Program-made: the position numbers and the translations under genes
DNA from: Octopus bimaculoides
Lineage: Eukaryota
DNA: 63,386 nucleotides
Reading direction: 5' to 3'
Assembly (NCBI RefSeq): GCF_001194135.2
Contig: NC_069008.1
Coordinates: forward strand, 10,390,634-10,454,019
Notes under the pieces: generated by a model
Told to the model about the DNA's origin: nothing
The model's input: the letters and a program-made list of their open reading frames with translations, nothing else
Database searches by the model: none
Shown: piece after piece, positions 49,613 to 62,785 of the stretch
How the letters are laid out: the number at the start of each line of letters is the position of its first letter
How positions within the stretch are numbered: position 1 is the stretch's first letter

Positions 49613-50374
49613 ATTATTACTAATTCCCTGTGTGTGTGTGTATCTTTGTCTATCTTTGTCTCCCATCACCAGTGTTTGATAACTAGTGTTGGTGTGTTTA
49701 CATCCCCATAACTTAGCAGGTCAGCAAGGAGACTGATAGAATAAGTACTAGGCTTTAATGAAAAAAGGTACTGTGGTTGATTCGTTCAACTAAAATCCTT
49801 CAAGGTGGTGCCCCAGCATAGTCACAGTCTAATGACTGAAATGAGTAAAAGATAAAACGTATATATATATATATATTAAGCAGTATCAGTGCCAAGCAAT
49901 GATTAGGCATAAGTGAACTTTAGGTTAGTTAAAATATGTTTTTGACATATTTCAACTTCCAAAGGCAAATTCACTTCAGTTACTGTTGGAAGAAAAAATT
50001 CTCAATATAAAATGGTATAAAAACACCATATCTGCTCAGTGCTGCCTCCATGTTGGATGCTGTGTTTCTTGCTCTTTAGCCATTATACGAGGATTGGTTA
50101 ATTATGATTTTATTCAATATATTGCCCTCTCTGATTCACACACTTATTGCAGTGATCCTTCAGTTTTTCCAAGCCCTGTAAAAGAACTTGGAAGCTTGTG
50201 CCTCCAATCAGGTCTTTCATGATACCCTTAAAGCCAGGAACTTTTCAGCACCCTCGCTTATGTATGTATGTATGTATGTATGTATGTATATACATACATA
50301 TAAATAGAGTGAGACAAACATACATACATTATATACATGTACACATACATGCACACAATAATAATAATAATGAT

Positions 50375-50960
50375 TTCCAATTTTGGCATAAGGCCAGCAA
50401 TTTGGGGTTTGGGGTAAGTCAATTAAATTGACCCCAGTGATCGACTGGTACTTATTTTATTGATCCCAAAAAGATGGAAAGCATAGTTAATCTCGATGGC
50501 ATTTCAACTCGGAATGCCAAGGTGGATGAAATGTTGCTGAGAATTTTGCCCTGCATGAAAGATTCTGGTAGCTCACCACTTTAACATCACTTTTCATACT
50601 CACTCCCATTGTCATTGAAGTGTGCACATAGAATCTTTTTTCATTACTCTGTTAAATTAATCTTTGATGAAACTGAGGTTGATCTAGATACAGCTATCCT
50701 GTTTTAATTTCACTGACTTAGTTCACTTGTAACACAAATACATACTGGTTTCAGATTTTGGCACAAGGCCAGCAAATTTTGGGGGAGGGGGAAAATCAAT
50801 TATATTGACCCTCAGTGTTCAGCTGGTACTTATTTTATTGACTCTGAAAGGATGAAAGGCAAAGTTGACCATGGCGGAAATTAGACTCAAAACATAAAGA
50901 CACGGACAAAATGCCACTTAGCATTTTGCCAGCTCACTGCCTTGATACAGGTGTGTGTTA
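50375..50960 (+). repeat. Two copies of dispersed repeat family D
   Basis: TTTTGGCACAAGGCCAGCA...GACCCCAGTG...CTGGTACTTATTTTAT; also near 33235-33330 and 59200-59345. Confidence 0.75.
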
Positions 50961-51708
50961 ATGATACACTGAAATTTTCAGATAATTTACTTCTACCAAC
51001 CTTGGCAACTTTGCCAAGACTTAGTTTTCCCACACACACTAACAAACTTCTGAGACTTGTACCCTTTACTGTCCTCTTTCTTCCATCCATACACTTAGTG
51101 ACAGACTACTATTAAGGACTGGACAAGGGATTATCTATGCAAAGAGACAGTCATCCCCTACACAAACTTTTATGTCTCCTTCCAACACATCACAGTTGTG
51201 TAACTATGCAACCATTGAATATAATCCACAATAAATATAAACTATCTTTCAACAATCCATATTAATACATTCAGAAGTTATTAACTTGTTACATCTCATT
51301 TGATGTATTTTACCTGATAACCAAGTTTACAATAAAAGAATTGGATAATTAAATAATTAATGGATACATATATTTATGGAGATGTACTTGCATGGCAAGT
51401 GACTTGATCTGAGATATAATCGCAGCATGGAAGATGTTTGTAAGCCATTTAAGAACATACAAACACTGTTAGTTTCACTTCAACATTTAAATTTAATTTG
51501 TGTCAAAATATTTTCATTGCTTTGAAACTGTGATCTGCTCACTGACAAAACTTCGTGCACTATGAAGTTTTGTCAGTGAACAGGTTGTGGTTTCAAAGTG
51601 ATGAAAATATTTTGACACAAATTAAATTTAGATGCTGAAGTGAATCTAACAGTTTTTTTTTTGTGTGTTCTTAAATGGCTTATAAACATATTCCATTCTG
51701 CAATTGTT

Positions 51709-51744
<36 letters not shown>

Positions 51745-51753
51745 CAAGGGTAC

Positions 51754-51886
51754 AAGATAGTACCAGCGTTGCTAAAAATAAGAGACAATAATACTCAAAT
51801 AAGCCACAGTATCACTGATATCAGTGATACTGTGGCTTATTTGAGTATTTTTTTACTCTTATTTCTAGCAATGCTGGTACTATCTT
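51754..51886. repeat. Loop-less palindrome
   Basis: Perfect 30-bp arms 51790-51819 / 51820-51849, with imperfect extension to about 66 bp per arm. Confidence 0.95.
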
Positions 51887-52404
51887 TTCTCTTGATTACA
51901 AATTTATAAATTTACCTTTTTGGTTTTTATGTTTGCTAGCCACTTTATTAATCTTTGTTATTTATATATGTACATGTATATATATATAGGCATAGAGGTG
52001 GCTATGTAAATATATATATATATATATATATTGCATAGAGGTAAAAGCTTGCTTCCCAACCTCATGGTTCTTGGTTCAGTCCCATTGCATGGCACCTTAG
52101 GCAAGTGTCTTCTACTTTAGACTCAGGCTGACTAAAGCCTTGTGAGTGGATTTGGCTGACCGAAACTGAAAGAAACCTCGCGTGTGTGTGTGTCAATGTT
52201 TGTCCCCTAGAACCACTTGACAACCGAAGTTGGTGTGTTTATGTCTCCATAACCTAGAAGTTCGACATAATAAGTTGATACAATAACTACCAGGCTTTAA
52301 AAAATAGTACAGGGGTCAATTCATTTGATTAAACAACCTTCAGTCAAATGACTGAAACAATTAAAAGTTAAAAAAAGGTATGTATAATAAAAAAAAGACA
52401 CCAC

Positions 52405-52691
52405 CTTGGTTTTAACGCTGCTGAAAAGGAAGGAAGCTGCAAGAATTTTGATCCATGCAATCCAAAGCTTCCAGTTGAAGTAATTTTGAGATGCAAAGGA
52501 AGACCACTGCATGTTGGCAAAACTGTTTCTGTGTCAAGTAAAGAAAAGCTTCGTGTGACCTTGAAATGTTCAGGTGTGAGGAGATATTCGAGTAATTTTG
52601 AAGCTTTGTCAAAAGAGAAGTCATTTGAGTAGTGAATTTCGTTACCAAAAACACGAATGTAGAATGATACCAAGAATTTTTCTCTGTCAAT
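52405..52691 (-). CDS. LLTP gene exon 3 (DUF1943-like beta region)
   Basis: Acceptor tttctccatag|ATT, donor AG|GTGGTG (weak); 287 nt, phase 0/2. IDREKFLVSFYIRVFGNEIHY...LLDTETVLPTCSGLPLHL...LKP. Confidence 0.9.
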
Positions 52692-53549
52692 CTATGGAGA
52701 AAAGTGAAAGTAAACAGCAATAGAAGAAAGCAACATATGTATGTGTATCTATAAAAATATATATATTTATTTTATGTATTAGAAAAGAAGAAAATGGTGA
52801 AATTGACATATAGACATTAATTTATTAGAACATAATACAATTCTGAAAAATATCAAACTCAGTTTCACCTAAAATTGTTTCCCTGCCCAATTACTTCAAT
52901 TTCAGAAATTAAATTGATTAAATCAAATTTCCATATCAAACATCTTTAATTGGATATTTCTTCAGGAGAAAAATTTGACTGAAAGGAGCTACATTCTGAT
53001 GTGTTGTTTGATCCTTGATAGTCTAAGATATGTGAGGTTTCATCAACCAATTTATTTAAAAAAAAAACATTACTTATACATATGTGAATGCAGATTTGTT
53101 AATGCATTTGTGGGCATTCATGTGTAATGTGATTAATAAAACAAATTAACAAAATATCCGTTAATTAGCTGTAATGATATTTCGATATGATTACTTTAAA
53201 CTAGAAGCTAAAAACCTAATTTACATTATTACTTACAATCAATTGAAATGCAGCTAAAGCATTTAATCACTTAAGAAATTTATTATCAGCCACCCAGTTA
53301 CAACCTAGAAATCACAGTTAACTAATAAATTATTATTATTATTAGAAAAAAACATAGTTATGTAAAAATAATATTTTCATTATATATTTGTGCGTGTGTG
53401 TTAATTGTTGAAAGCCACTAGACAATTACGAATCAAAACTGCTTACTAATTATCATAGCTGAATATTATGTCATCAATTTTTGTGCACGATATTAATTTT
53501 ACATAATAGTGTGAACAGATACACACGAACTTAACTGAGGAAAGTACTA

Positions 53550-54150
53550 ACATTAACAAATCAAAATTAATGAAATTAATAAAAATTAAGCTATTATTGA
53601 ATTAATATGTAGTATCTTTAACTTAAGATTACCAATTATTTTTAAAACATATTAATCACAGGTTCCTAAGATATTTAAAATCCTTTTAACCTTTATATAA
53701 TACAATTACCTGTAAATAAACTTTATTCCATATTTACCATTTATTTCATATTTTAATATTAATATGATACCTTCTAAGAATTACTTAATATGTATAGTTA
53801 TAATTGTTATTATATTAATCCTGAGATACCACTTAAAATCTCTTCCTAAGATAAATAAAATATAAATACCTCCTAAATCAGTAACTTGGGCAGAAGCTGT
53901 GGAACCCATAGCAATATCAAAACTGTCATAACTATATTTCTTAATCCAATACTGGTTTTCAAACTCTATAACAATTCTTCTGGCAGCTAAAATGATGTTA
54001 ATTTATTCCATATTCAGATTTGAGTTGTTTCTTATGAACAAAAGGGCCTTATTTAAAACTGCTTGGTTAATCAGACTAATAACTTTCAGTATCTATTTGT
54101 ATAAATTTGTTTCTACTTTTATATTTAATGCTGTCAAACCAATTTATTAC
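53550..54150 (-). mobile_element. Second Penelope-like RT relic (not in ORF track)
   Basis: Hand translation LAARRIVIEFENQYWIKKYSYDSFDIAMGSTASAQVTDLGGIYIL parallels FDITLGSGGLAEVTNLIGICIL at 36.7 kb. Confidence 0.75.
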
Positions 54151-57100
54151 TTCATGGCTCCCATGCAGGTAGCACGTAAAAATACCTTTTGAGCGTGGTT
54201 GCTGCCAGAACCACCTGATTAGCCCTCATGCCAGTGGCACGTAAAAACACCCATATTGAGTTTGGTCTCCTTCAGTGCTTTCTTAAATCTATGGGCTAGT
54301 TCTCCATGGGCTGTGGCCTCTACAAACATCACTCCTTGATATTTGTCAGTTTTATACCATGTTCTCATTCACTCCAACGACCTCACAGGTTGTGTAGTGG
54401 GTAGTATGGATGTGATTTCACTCTAGCCATCTATAGACAGATTTTGCTGGGAAAAAATGCATTGAGATAATCTGTGAGAGTTCCACGAAGTCAGCATGAG
54501 GGAACTGGGCTTCCTCCTTAAACAAAGCTACAACAGTGACTATTTAGATGACCTCAGTAGATTTGGCTCTACCAGGTCACAGAGGGGAAGACCACCCACC
54601 ATCACCTCAGCAGTGAAGACCATCCACCATCACCTCACCACAGAGTGCTGGAGTGACTGGAAGAAAATAGCATAATGATATTTCAATAAGTTCACTTCCT
54701 GCATTCATTTATAATCTTAAAAAATATATGTTTCTCAAGTAAATTAGCATGACACAGAGTATATAACAAGGTCAATCCTTTGAATTACAGGTAAAGTCCT
54801 TCCAATGAGTTTCCACACTGTTTCCAACTCCCTAATTTCACTGACAAGGTTTTGATCAACTAAAATCATAGTAAAAGACACTTACTCAACATGTCATGCA
54901 TTAGGATCAAATATGGGATCTCAGGACTGTGAATTAAACTTCTAAACCACTTAACTATGCCTGCTTCTATTCTCTTAAAACACTTATTACATGACTGATG
55001 AACAAATGGAGCAGCCAATGTAGGATAGAGAGGACTCGTCAGCCTTGCTGGGGACAAGACAGTCTTTCTAGTTATTGTGCTGATAAAATGCACCAAATAC
55101 ACTCTGTAAAATAGTTAGTAAATGAATGGATATAAAATAGGAGCAGAGAGAACGATTTAGTCTTGCTGTGAAAAGACAAACCTTTATAGTGTTTGTGCCA
55201 TAACAAAATGCCCCAAATTCCTTTTGTAAAGTGGTTGGCATCAAAAAGGGTATCAAGCCATAGAAACTGAACCTAAAATGGAACACATGTTAAGGATATG
55301 GTCCCTGTGTTGTCTAAGGGAGATGTAACTCCTGATGAGAACTGGTTTGGTCTGTAAAGACCAGTCCGACTCATGTTAGCATGGAAAAGCTGACTTACAA
55401 TTATTGTGATGATAATGATAAATCCACTATATTGTATTTCAAATCAAGGTCCTACTCCTTAGCATTCAAACTGGCCATATCCAGTTCAAATATTCTACCT
55501 GTTTTATGTTCGAACCAGCCAGATTGTAGGATAGGTGTGAGAGCAGATGGCCTCTTACACCTATCCTACAATGCCATCCTGAAAATAAAACAATCACATC
55601 ATTGAAATCTCAAAGCTATGAGATAATGCCTGATTAATTCAAAGCAATGTGAATGAATAAACATTACAATTGACAGGTTTAATCAATGCTTTTTCTTCAG
55701 AGCATCAACTCATTGGAGTTATTTGATAAGCCACATTTTTCTAATTGATGTTGACTTACATAAGTTGCCAGTGAATATTACTCATATCAATCTCATTAGT
55801 CTAGGACCACTAACAACAGGAGCTATGATTAGTTAAACAGTGAATTAGCAGAATCATGAAAGCATAGGATAAGATGCTTCATGGCATTTTCTGGCTCTCT
55901 CTATTTTGACTTCAAATACTGCTGATATCAATTGTTTTTCATCTATTTTAGGGAAGGTGGAGGTGGTAAAAAAGAAAAGATACCAATTTAGGGCAGTGGA
56001 TTTGTGGAACTGTTCTTTTACCTTCTGTCTTTCAGTTGTTTCAGTCATTAGAAAAACTTTTAGTCAAATGAATCTAGACCAGTATTTACTTTTTTTTTTA
56101 AGTGTGGTACTTATTCTATTTTTGCTGAACTGCTCAGTTATGGGGACATAAACAAACCAACACCAGTTGTCAAGCAGAAGTGGAGGACAAACACAAACAC
56201 ACACATTCATATATATGACAGGCTTCTTTCAGTTTCTGTTTATCAAATTCACTCACAAGGTTTTGGTTGGCCCAAGGCTATAGTAGAAGACATTTGCCCA
56301 AAGTACCATGCATTGGGATTGAACCTGGAACTATGTGGTTGGAAAGTAAGCTTCTTACCATACAGCCATGTCTGCACCTTTTGTTAAAGTATTAAGCAAA
56401 ATGCTTGCGATATTCGTCCTAGTTGTCTGTTGTGAGCTGAAATTCAACCAAGGCCAAAAACAACTTTCATATTTTGGGAGTTGATTAAAAATATCAATAC
56501 AGGGAGATCAATAGGTGGAATTGTTAGAGTAACACATAATTTTGTGGCAAAGTTTCTATTGCTGGATGTCCTTACATAGTATACTGGAAGTAGTTTATTG
56601 TGGCACGAGCAAAGCTAAATAGCTCTCTCTACCATATTTTATCTCACTTCATTCACCAACCATAACCTATGAGATGTATTTTAGTGTGGCACCAGCACTA
56701 GAGAGGCTGTCATGTCTTCATCAAGAACAAACAGTCCTCTCTACAATGTTTCTGTCTATTCATCAACCACTTATAGAAAGTATGGGATGCATTTTATCAT
56801 GGCTCAAGCACTAGAAAAGTGGCCTTGTCTCCAGAAGTCTGGTAAGTATCTCCATTATCTCCATTTATTTGTGAACAATATGGTCTTTTTTGTTTAGTCG
56901 TTTTGTTTTCCATTGAGGTTTTCATTGTTAAATTTAATTTCCCATTCATTTTAATCCCATTACCTGATCCTTAGGTGCATTCAACAGATTTCATTTCTTG
57001 CAAGCACACAGGCCAAATCATCAGCTTGAAAATAAATTTCTCCCCCAATCCTTGTTCCCCTCAGCTTCAGAGGCCCTGAAAAATAATTGGTTGTGGATCC

Positions 57101-57169
57101 CTATCTAATTTAGAGGCAAACATAAAAAATGGAATAATTGAAAGAAACAAGAAAAATATTATTTCTTAC

Positions 57170-57736
57170 AGGTTTACTTTTCATGTTCTTCTGGTCTTCA
57201 GAAAGTTTGATTGTTTTGGTGGTTGATGTCAAGGGATCACTAAAAAATCCCATAGGACCAAAGAAATTCTCTAATATTTGGTCCACTGCTTGTGCACGTC
57301 CCCCAACCTCAAGGAAGTTAACAGCTCGACCAAAGAGGTGTACAGTGATGTTCAGATTGGTTGAACGAGGAATAAAGGACTTGGAAGAAAAGATAACATT
57401 ACTGTCCAACTTGGCTCCAACGTCAAGGGTTGTAGAGTAGAGAAATTTCTCATAGTAGTGTGAGAATTTTCTACCATCGAGGTCAAATTCCTTCTTCAGC
57501 ATGACGTCTTCAAGAATTGTACGAATTTCTTGTAAGTAAGGATCAGCGGTTTCAGCCAAGTTGTTCAGATGAGACCAAATATAGGATCCAACCTGGTTTG
57601 ATTTCCCTTTCAGTAGTATATTGTGCACTGCCAATAAAAATTTGCGAGATGGGCACCTCATCAAGATGATGTAGGCTTGAATGCGAAGCTCAGAATCTTC
57701 AGTATCATCAAAGAATACTTCATTCAAACCGGGAAT
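57170..57736 (-). CDS. LLTP gene exon 2 (end of helical domain, start of DUF1943-like region)
   Basis: Acceptor ctag|ATT, donor CCT|GTAAGA; 567 nt, phase 0/0. IPGLNEVFFDDTEDSELRIQAYIILMRCPS...SNQVGSYIWSHL...FIPRSTNLN...NFLEVGGR...FFGP are typical LLTP motifs. Confidence 0.95.
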
Positions 57737-58437
57737 CTAGGCAAGAGGAAAAATATAAAAATATAAAAAATAAAAAAATAAACGAAAAGCAAAAATGAAA
57801 TAAAGGAGACAAAAAAAATAACAGGGAAATAAGAACAAAATAGAGAAATGTTATAAAACATCACACACAGAAGTAATCTGGAAAGAAAGATTCAGCATTA
57901 AACTGATACTATATAACAATATACAGTAACATGTTGTACCATATGGCTCAGTGGTTAGAACATTGGGTTTACAATGGTGAAGTTGTGAGTTTGATTTTCA
58001 GACCAGCTGCATGTTGGGTCCTTGATCAAGACACTTTATTTCATTTTGCTCCAGTTCATTCAGCTGTATTGGTCTTCACTTTTCATCATCATCATCCTCA
58101 TCATCGTCGTTTAACGTCCGCTTTCCATGCTAGCATGGGTTGGACGATTTGACTGAGGACTGGTGAAACCAGATGGCTACACCAGGCTCCAATCTGATTT
58201 GGCAGAGTTTCTACAGCTTTTCTCTTGGATAATATTGTGGCATGGAGAGGGGAGGCTGGTATGCATGGGTGACTGCTGGTCTTCCATGAACAAACTTGCC
58301 CAGACTTGTACCTTGGAGAGAACTTTCTAGGTGCAATCCCATGATCATTCATGACTGAGGGTCTTTACCCTTTATATAGCCTTATATGAGCACTCTAGTA
58401 GCATGTTTACCCATGCATGCCAACCTCCCCTCTAGAG

Positions 58438-59093
58438 GGGTGGTTTTCAATTGGAGTCCATGTAAAATTTTTGGAGGTCCACACAAGTAAAATATTAAAT
58501 TGAGGACCCACAATAGTATCTTTCATAATCATCTGATTGTAAGCCGCCAGGGTGAGGATCTGCCTTAGAGAATTTTTTAGCTGAATAAATTAACCCCAAT
58601 ACATATTTTTTTTTAAGCCTCGTACTTATTCTATTGGTTTCTTTTGCTGAAGTGCTAAGTTACAGGGATGTAAACAACCAGTACCAGTTGTCAAGTAGTA
58701 GTGGGGGTCAAATACAGACACACACACACATGATGGGCTTCTTTCAGTTTCTATCTACCAAATCCACTCACAGGGCTATAATAGAAGCCCAAAGCTATAA
58801 TAGAAGACACTTGCCCAAGGTGTTATGCAGTGGAACTGAACCCTGAATAATATGGTTAGTAAGCAAGCTTCTTACCACTTTGCTTTAGATGTATTTATTG
58901 CAACAAACAGCTAGATTTCTTTCTCAAACGTTTTACATATTTCAATGTACACAAGTTAATGTGTCCAAAGCAAAATGGGAATTTTGAAAGAAATGTCCGT
59001 AAAACTAGTTTTTAGACATTGAATGGTGATGGGGCTCCACCAGATTAAAACAAGTCAAAGGGGTCCATATGTCAAAATAGTTGAGAACCCTTG
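58438..59093. mobile_element. hAT (Charlie-like) MITE with nested SINE-type repeats
   Basis: Identical 8-bp TSD CTCTAGAG at 58430-58437 and 59094-59101; right end GTTGAGAACCCTTG; families B and A inserted at 58610-58880. Confidence 0.8.
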
Positions 59094-59632
59094 CTCTAGA
59101 GGATGTACAGTACTTCACATATTTGTTTCTATCAATAACTTGGGTGGACAAGCATTAAATTTAACAGTGAACCAACAACTGCAATGACAACAACAAAATA
59201 CTGGTTTCAAACTTTGGCACAAGGCCAGCATTTCAGAGATGGGTGGAACTTGATTGCATCGACCCCAGGGCTCGACTGGTACTAATTTTATTGACCCCTA
59301 GAGGATGAAAGGCAAAGTCGACCATGGCAGAATTTGAACTCAGAAAGTGAAGAATAATGGCAGTAACAAAATAGCAGCAGCAGCAGTAATAGAAACAATT
59401 GTAATAACAACAACAACGATACTAAGGGAAATAGCAACAATAGCAACAACAAAGCCGTAACAGCTACAATAACAACAGACTTAATGTGTCACTTGGCTTA
59501 ATGCCACTACAACCTGGCTCTAGGAGTTCATTGCACTGAAAGCATTTTTAACTGGCAATGGCAACAAGAAAACAACAAGAGCAATAACAAGAGCAATGGT
59601 TGTAATAACAACAACTACAAGAATAAACTTAC

Positions 59633-59989
59633 TGTCGTCCCACAGCGTGTACGACGCATTGCTTCTAGGGCTGCCACTCGAATTTCAGATGGGTTCTCCC
59701 TCCTTGTGAAGCATCTTGCAACATGAGCCAAAATCTTTTGGAAGTACCCAAGGTTTCCAATCGCCCTCAATGCCATAAGTACATCTGTCGTCTTCTCTCC
59801 AGGGTGATAAGTGCAAGCAGTATCAGCGCCATCACCATTGCCAACAATCAAAGCTTCCTGTTGCTGTAGAAAGGTGTCAACTGTGGGGTCTTGCTGGCAA
59901 GCGTCACCTATAGTGCGACAGTAATTCCATATCAAAGAAGACAATGCTAGGGCCATGTTCTGTGGAACATCTTTCATGCGGAGTAGAGG
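59633..59989 (-). CDS. LLTP (apolipophorin/apoB-like) gene, first coding exon seen in window; lipoprotein N-terminal alpha-helical region
   Basis: Acceptor ttctccttccacacaacag|CCT, donor ACA|GTAAGT; 357 nt, phase 0/0. PLLRMKDVPQNMALALSSLIWNYC...LMALRAIGNLG...IRVAALEAMRR matches the vitellogenin/apolipophorin helical-domain motifs. Confidence 0.93.
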
Positions 59990-62071
59990 CTGTTGTGTGG
60001 AAGGAGAAAATTGAGAGAGAATGAGTGAGAGAAACATTGAAAATATTCTTTGAAAACACGAGTGATTTTCATTTTTCATATATGGGTACATGACATCACA
60101 AAAAAAAAACCCTTAAATACAATGAGAAACGGAAACAGAAAACGAACTTTTTTTCAAACAACGAAAAAAAAACAGAGAGATGGGACATGCAACATAAAGA
60201 ATATTTCCCTTCTTCAGTTGTCCCTGCACCATCTACTCCACATTTCGAAGGCAAGGACAATACGCGACTTCATTGGAACAGTCCTTCCCGCAAAGCAAAT
60301 TAAATAAAATTTGGAATTTTTTGCAGAGGGTGAAAGTGTTAACAAGAACAGGATAGTGAGACAGTAAAAACAGACAATAAGGGTTGTTAGGCCAAGACAA
60401 TAGAAAAATTATTAGTTTTTGAACGCTAGTAGACGTCAAGGAGAGAAGAGACAAGAGACAGAAAAATCACATCTTCTCTATAAGAAGCCAGAGGATAGAA
60501 AGAAAGAATCCCTTTCATCACGTGTCAGCGACGAGAAGGTCAAGGAGGAAGAGTGAGAGAGAGAGAGATGGAACGGTGAAAGGGAGAGAAGAATAGGGAA
60601 AGGATGGGAGAGAAAAACAGAAAGGATGAAGAACAAGAGAGGGAGAGAGATAGACATGTCGCATGTCTCGTCTCTGTTTTTTTTCGTTGTTTGCAAAAAA
60701 AGTTCGTTTTCTGTTTTCGTTTCTCATTGTGTTTAACGTTTTTTTTGTGATGTCCTGTACCCATATATGCATGTATGTATACATATAGATGTAAGTATGT
60801 ACATATATGTATGGATATATGCATAGATTTATATATTATTTATGTTATTATATGATCGAACGCCAAGCATCTTTCTCCAAGTAAGTTTTACATATATATA
60901 TGTGAGGAGAGTGAGTGAGTGAGTGCATTCTCAATCCACGATATGTGGTTAGATTTTTCAAGCAGGTGTGCATGCAGTGTGAAATGCCTTGAAAGTGGTG
61001 CAGAGGAGAAATGTGTCTGGTGCTATCATCATGTTGCAAGTGACAGGCAACTCTCTCTATTTATTCCATGACCAACTGGGGTCTAACAGAGACAAGTTGT
61101 GTCTGTAACAAGAGTGCAGAGAGCATGACACATTTGACATGCATCAAGTCATGCAAAGGAGCTGAGTGGGCACAGACAGGAGAAAATAAAGCAGTGTGTA
61201 TAATATGCGTGTGTATAACTGGGTGCAGGCATGCATGTGTGAATGTTGTGTGGTGCAACAAAAGGAACGAACAGTGCAAAATAGGTAAATAAAAGGAGTA
61301 CAAACTTGACTGGAAATATCCTTTGTTAATGCAGGATTTGTCTTGCAACATTTCGATAGCCATCTGCCCAAGAACTAATTGAATGAAACTATGGAAGCCC
61401 GCATGCACATGCAACATTTTCAACAGTCACACACTTTTCGTCTCAAGTTCTGAAGACTAATCCTGCCTTTTCTGGCACTCTTTCACATCTTCTGCATATA
61501 TAGACTTATATAGACTCTCAACAACTCTTTTTCTTTGCATGCACCTCTTCTTATTTTTCAGCAATAGACTTTTAACAAAGGATGCCTATTTCCAGTCAAG
61601 TGTGTACTCCTTTTGTTCACCCATTTTGCTGCACCACACAATGTTCATACATACATGCCTGTATGCCTGTACCCAGTTATACACACACACCACAATATTA
61701 AGCTTCAACTGTTTTGTTTTCTCCTGTCTGTGCCTGTTCAGCTCCTTTGCTCGATTTGATGCATGTTACTTAGTGGTTAGGGCGTTCAAATCACAAAGGT
61801 ATGGTTGTGAGTTCGATTCCTGGTGGCACATTGTGTCCTTGAGCAAGACACTTGTTGCTTCAGGCCATTCAGCTGGCAAAAATGTGTTATACCTGTATTT
61901 CAAACAGCCAACCTTGTCACATTATGTGTCACACTGAATCTCTGAGAACTGTGTTAAAGGTGTGCATTTGTGAAGTGCTCAGCCACTTGTACATTAATTT
62001 CATAAGCAGGCTGTTCCATTAATCAGATCACCTGGAAGATTTGTTGTAACTGATGCAGTGCCAGTTATATA

Positions 62072-62116
<45 letters not shown>

Positions 62117-62747
62117 ACTACTTGATAAATTCTTATAAAGAATTTATCCTATATTATATTNNNNNNNNNNNNNNNNNNNNNNNNNNNNNNNNNNNNNNNN
62201 NNNNNNNNNNNNNNNNNNNNNNNNNNNNNNNNNNNNNNNNNNNNNNNNNNNNNNNNNNNNNNNNNNNNNNNNNNNNNNNNNNNNNNNNNNNNNNNNNNNN
62301 NNNNNNNNNNNNNNNNNNNNNNNNNNNNNNNNNNNNNNNNNNNNNNNNNNNNNNNNNNNNNNNNNNNNNNNNNNNNNNNNNNNNNNNNNNNNNNNNNNNN
62401 NNNNNNNNNNNNNNNNNNNNNNNNNNNNNNNNNNNNNNNNNNNNNNNNNNNNNNNNNNNNNNNNNNNNNNNNNNNNNNNNNNNNNNNNNNNNNNNNNNNN
62501 NNNNNNNNNNNNNNNNNNNNNNNNNNNNNNNNNNNNNNNNNNNNNNNNNNNNNNNNNNNNNNNNNNNNNNNNNNNNNNNNNNNNNNNNNNNNNNNNNNNN
62601 NNNNNNNNNNNNNNNNNNNNNNNNNNNNNNNNNNNNNNNNNNNNNNNNNNNNNNNNNNNNNNNNNNNNNNNNNNNNNNNNNNNNNNNNNNNNNNNNNNNN
62701 NNNNNNNNNNNNNNNNNNNNNNNNNNNNNNNNNNNNNNNNNNNNNNN

Positions 62748-62785
<38 letters not shown>

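Noticed and set aside
52412-52720. ORF-track 102-aa ORF over exon 3
   Set aside because: Wrong frame; the overlapping frame (SFYIRVFGNE) carries the LLTP motifs and matches splice phases.
55331-55375. CTGATGA followed by a stem-loop
   Set aside because: There is no GAAA after the stem, and it lies in an RTE tail remnant.
61061-61423. 120-aa minus-strand ORF
   Set aside because: It overlaps an inverted-repeat arm, has no recognisable domain, and has no compatible splice sites.
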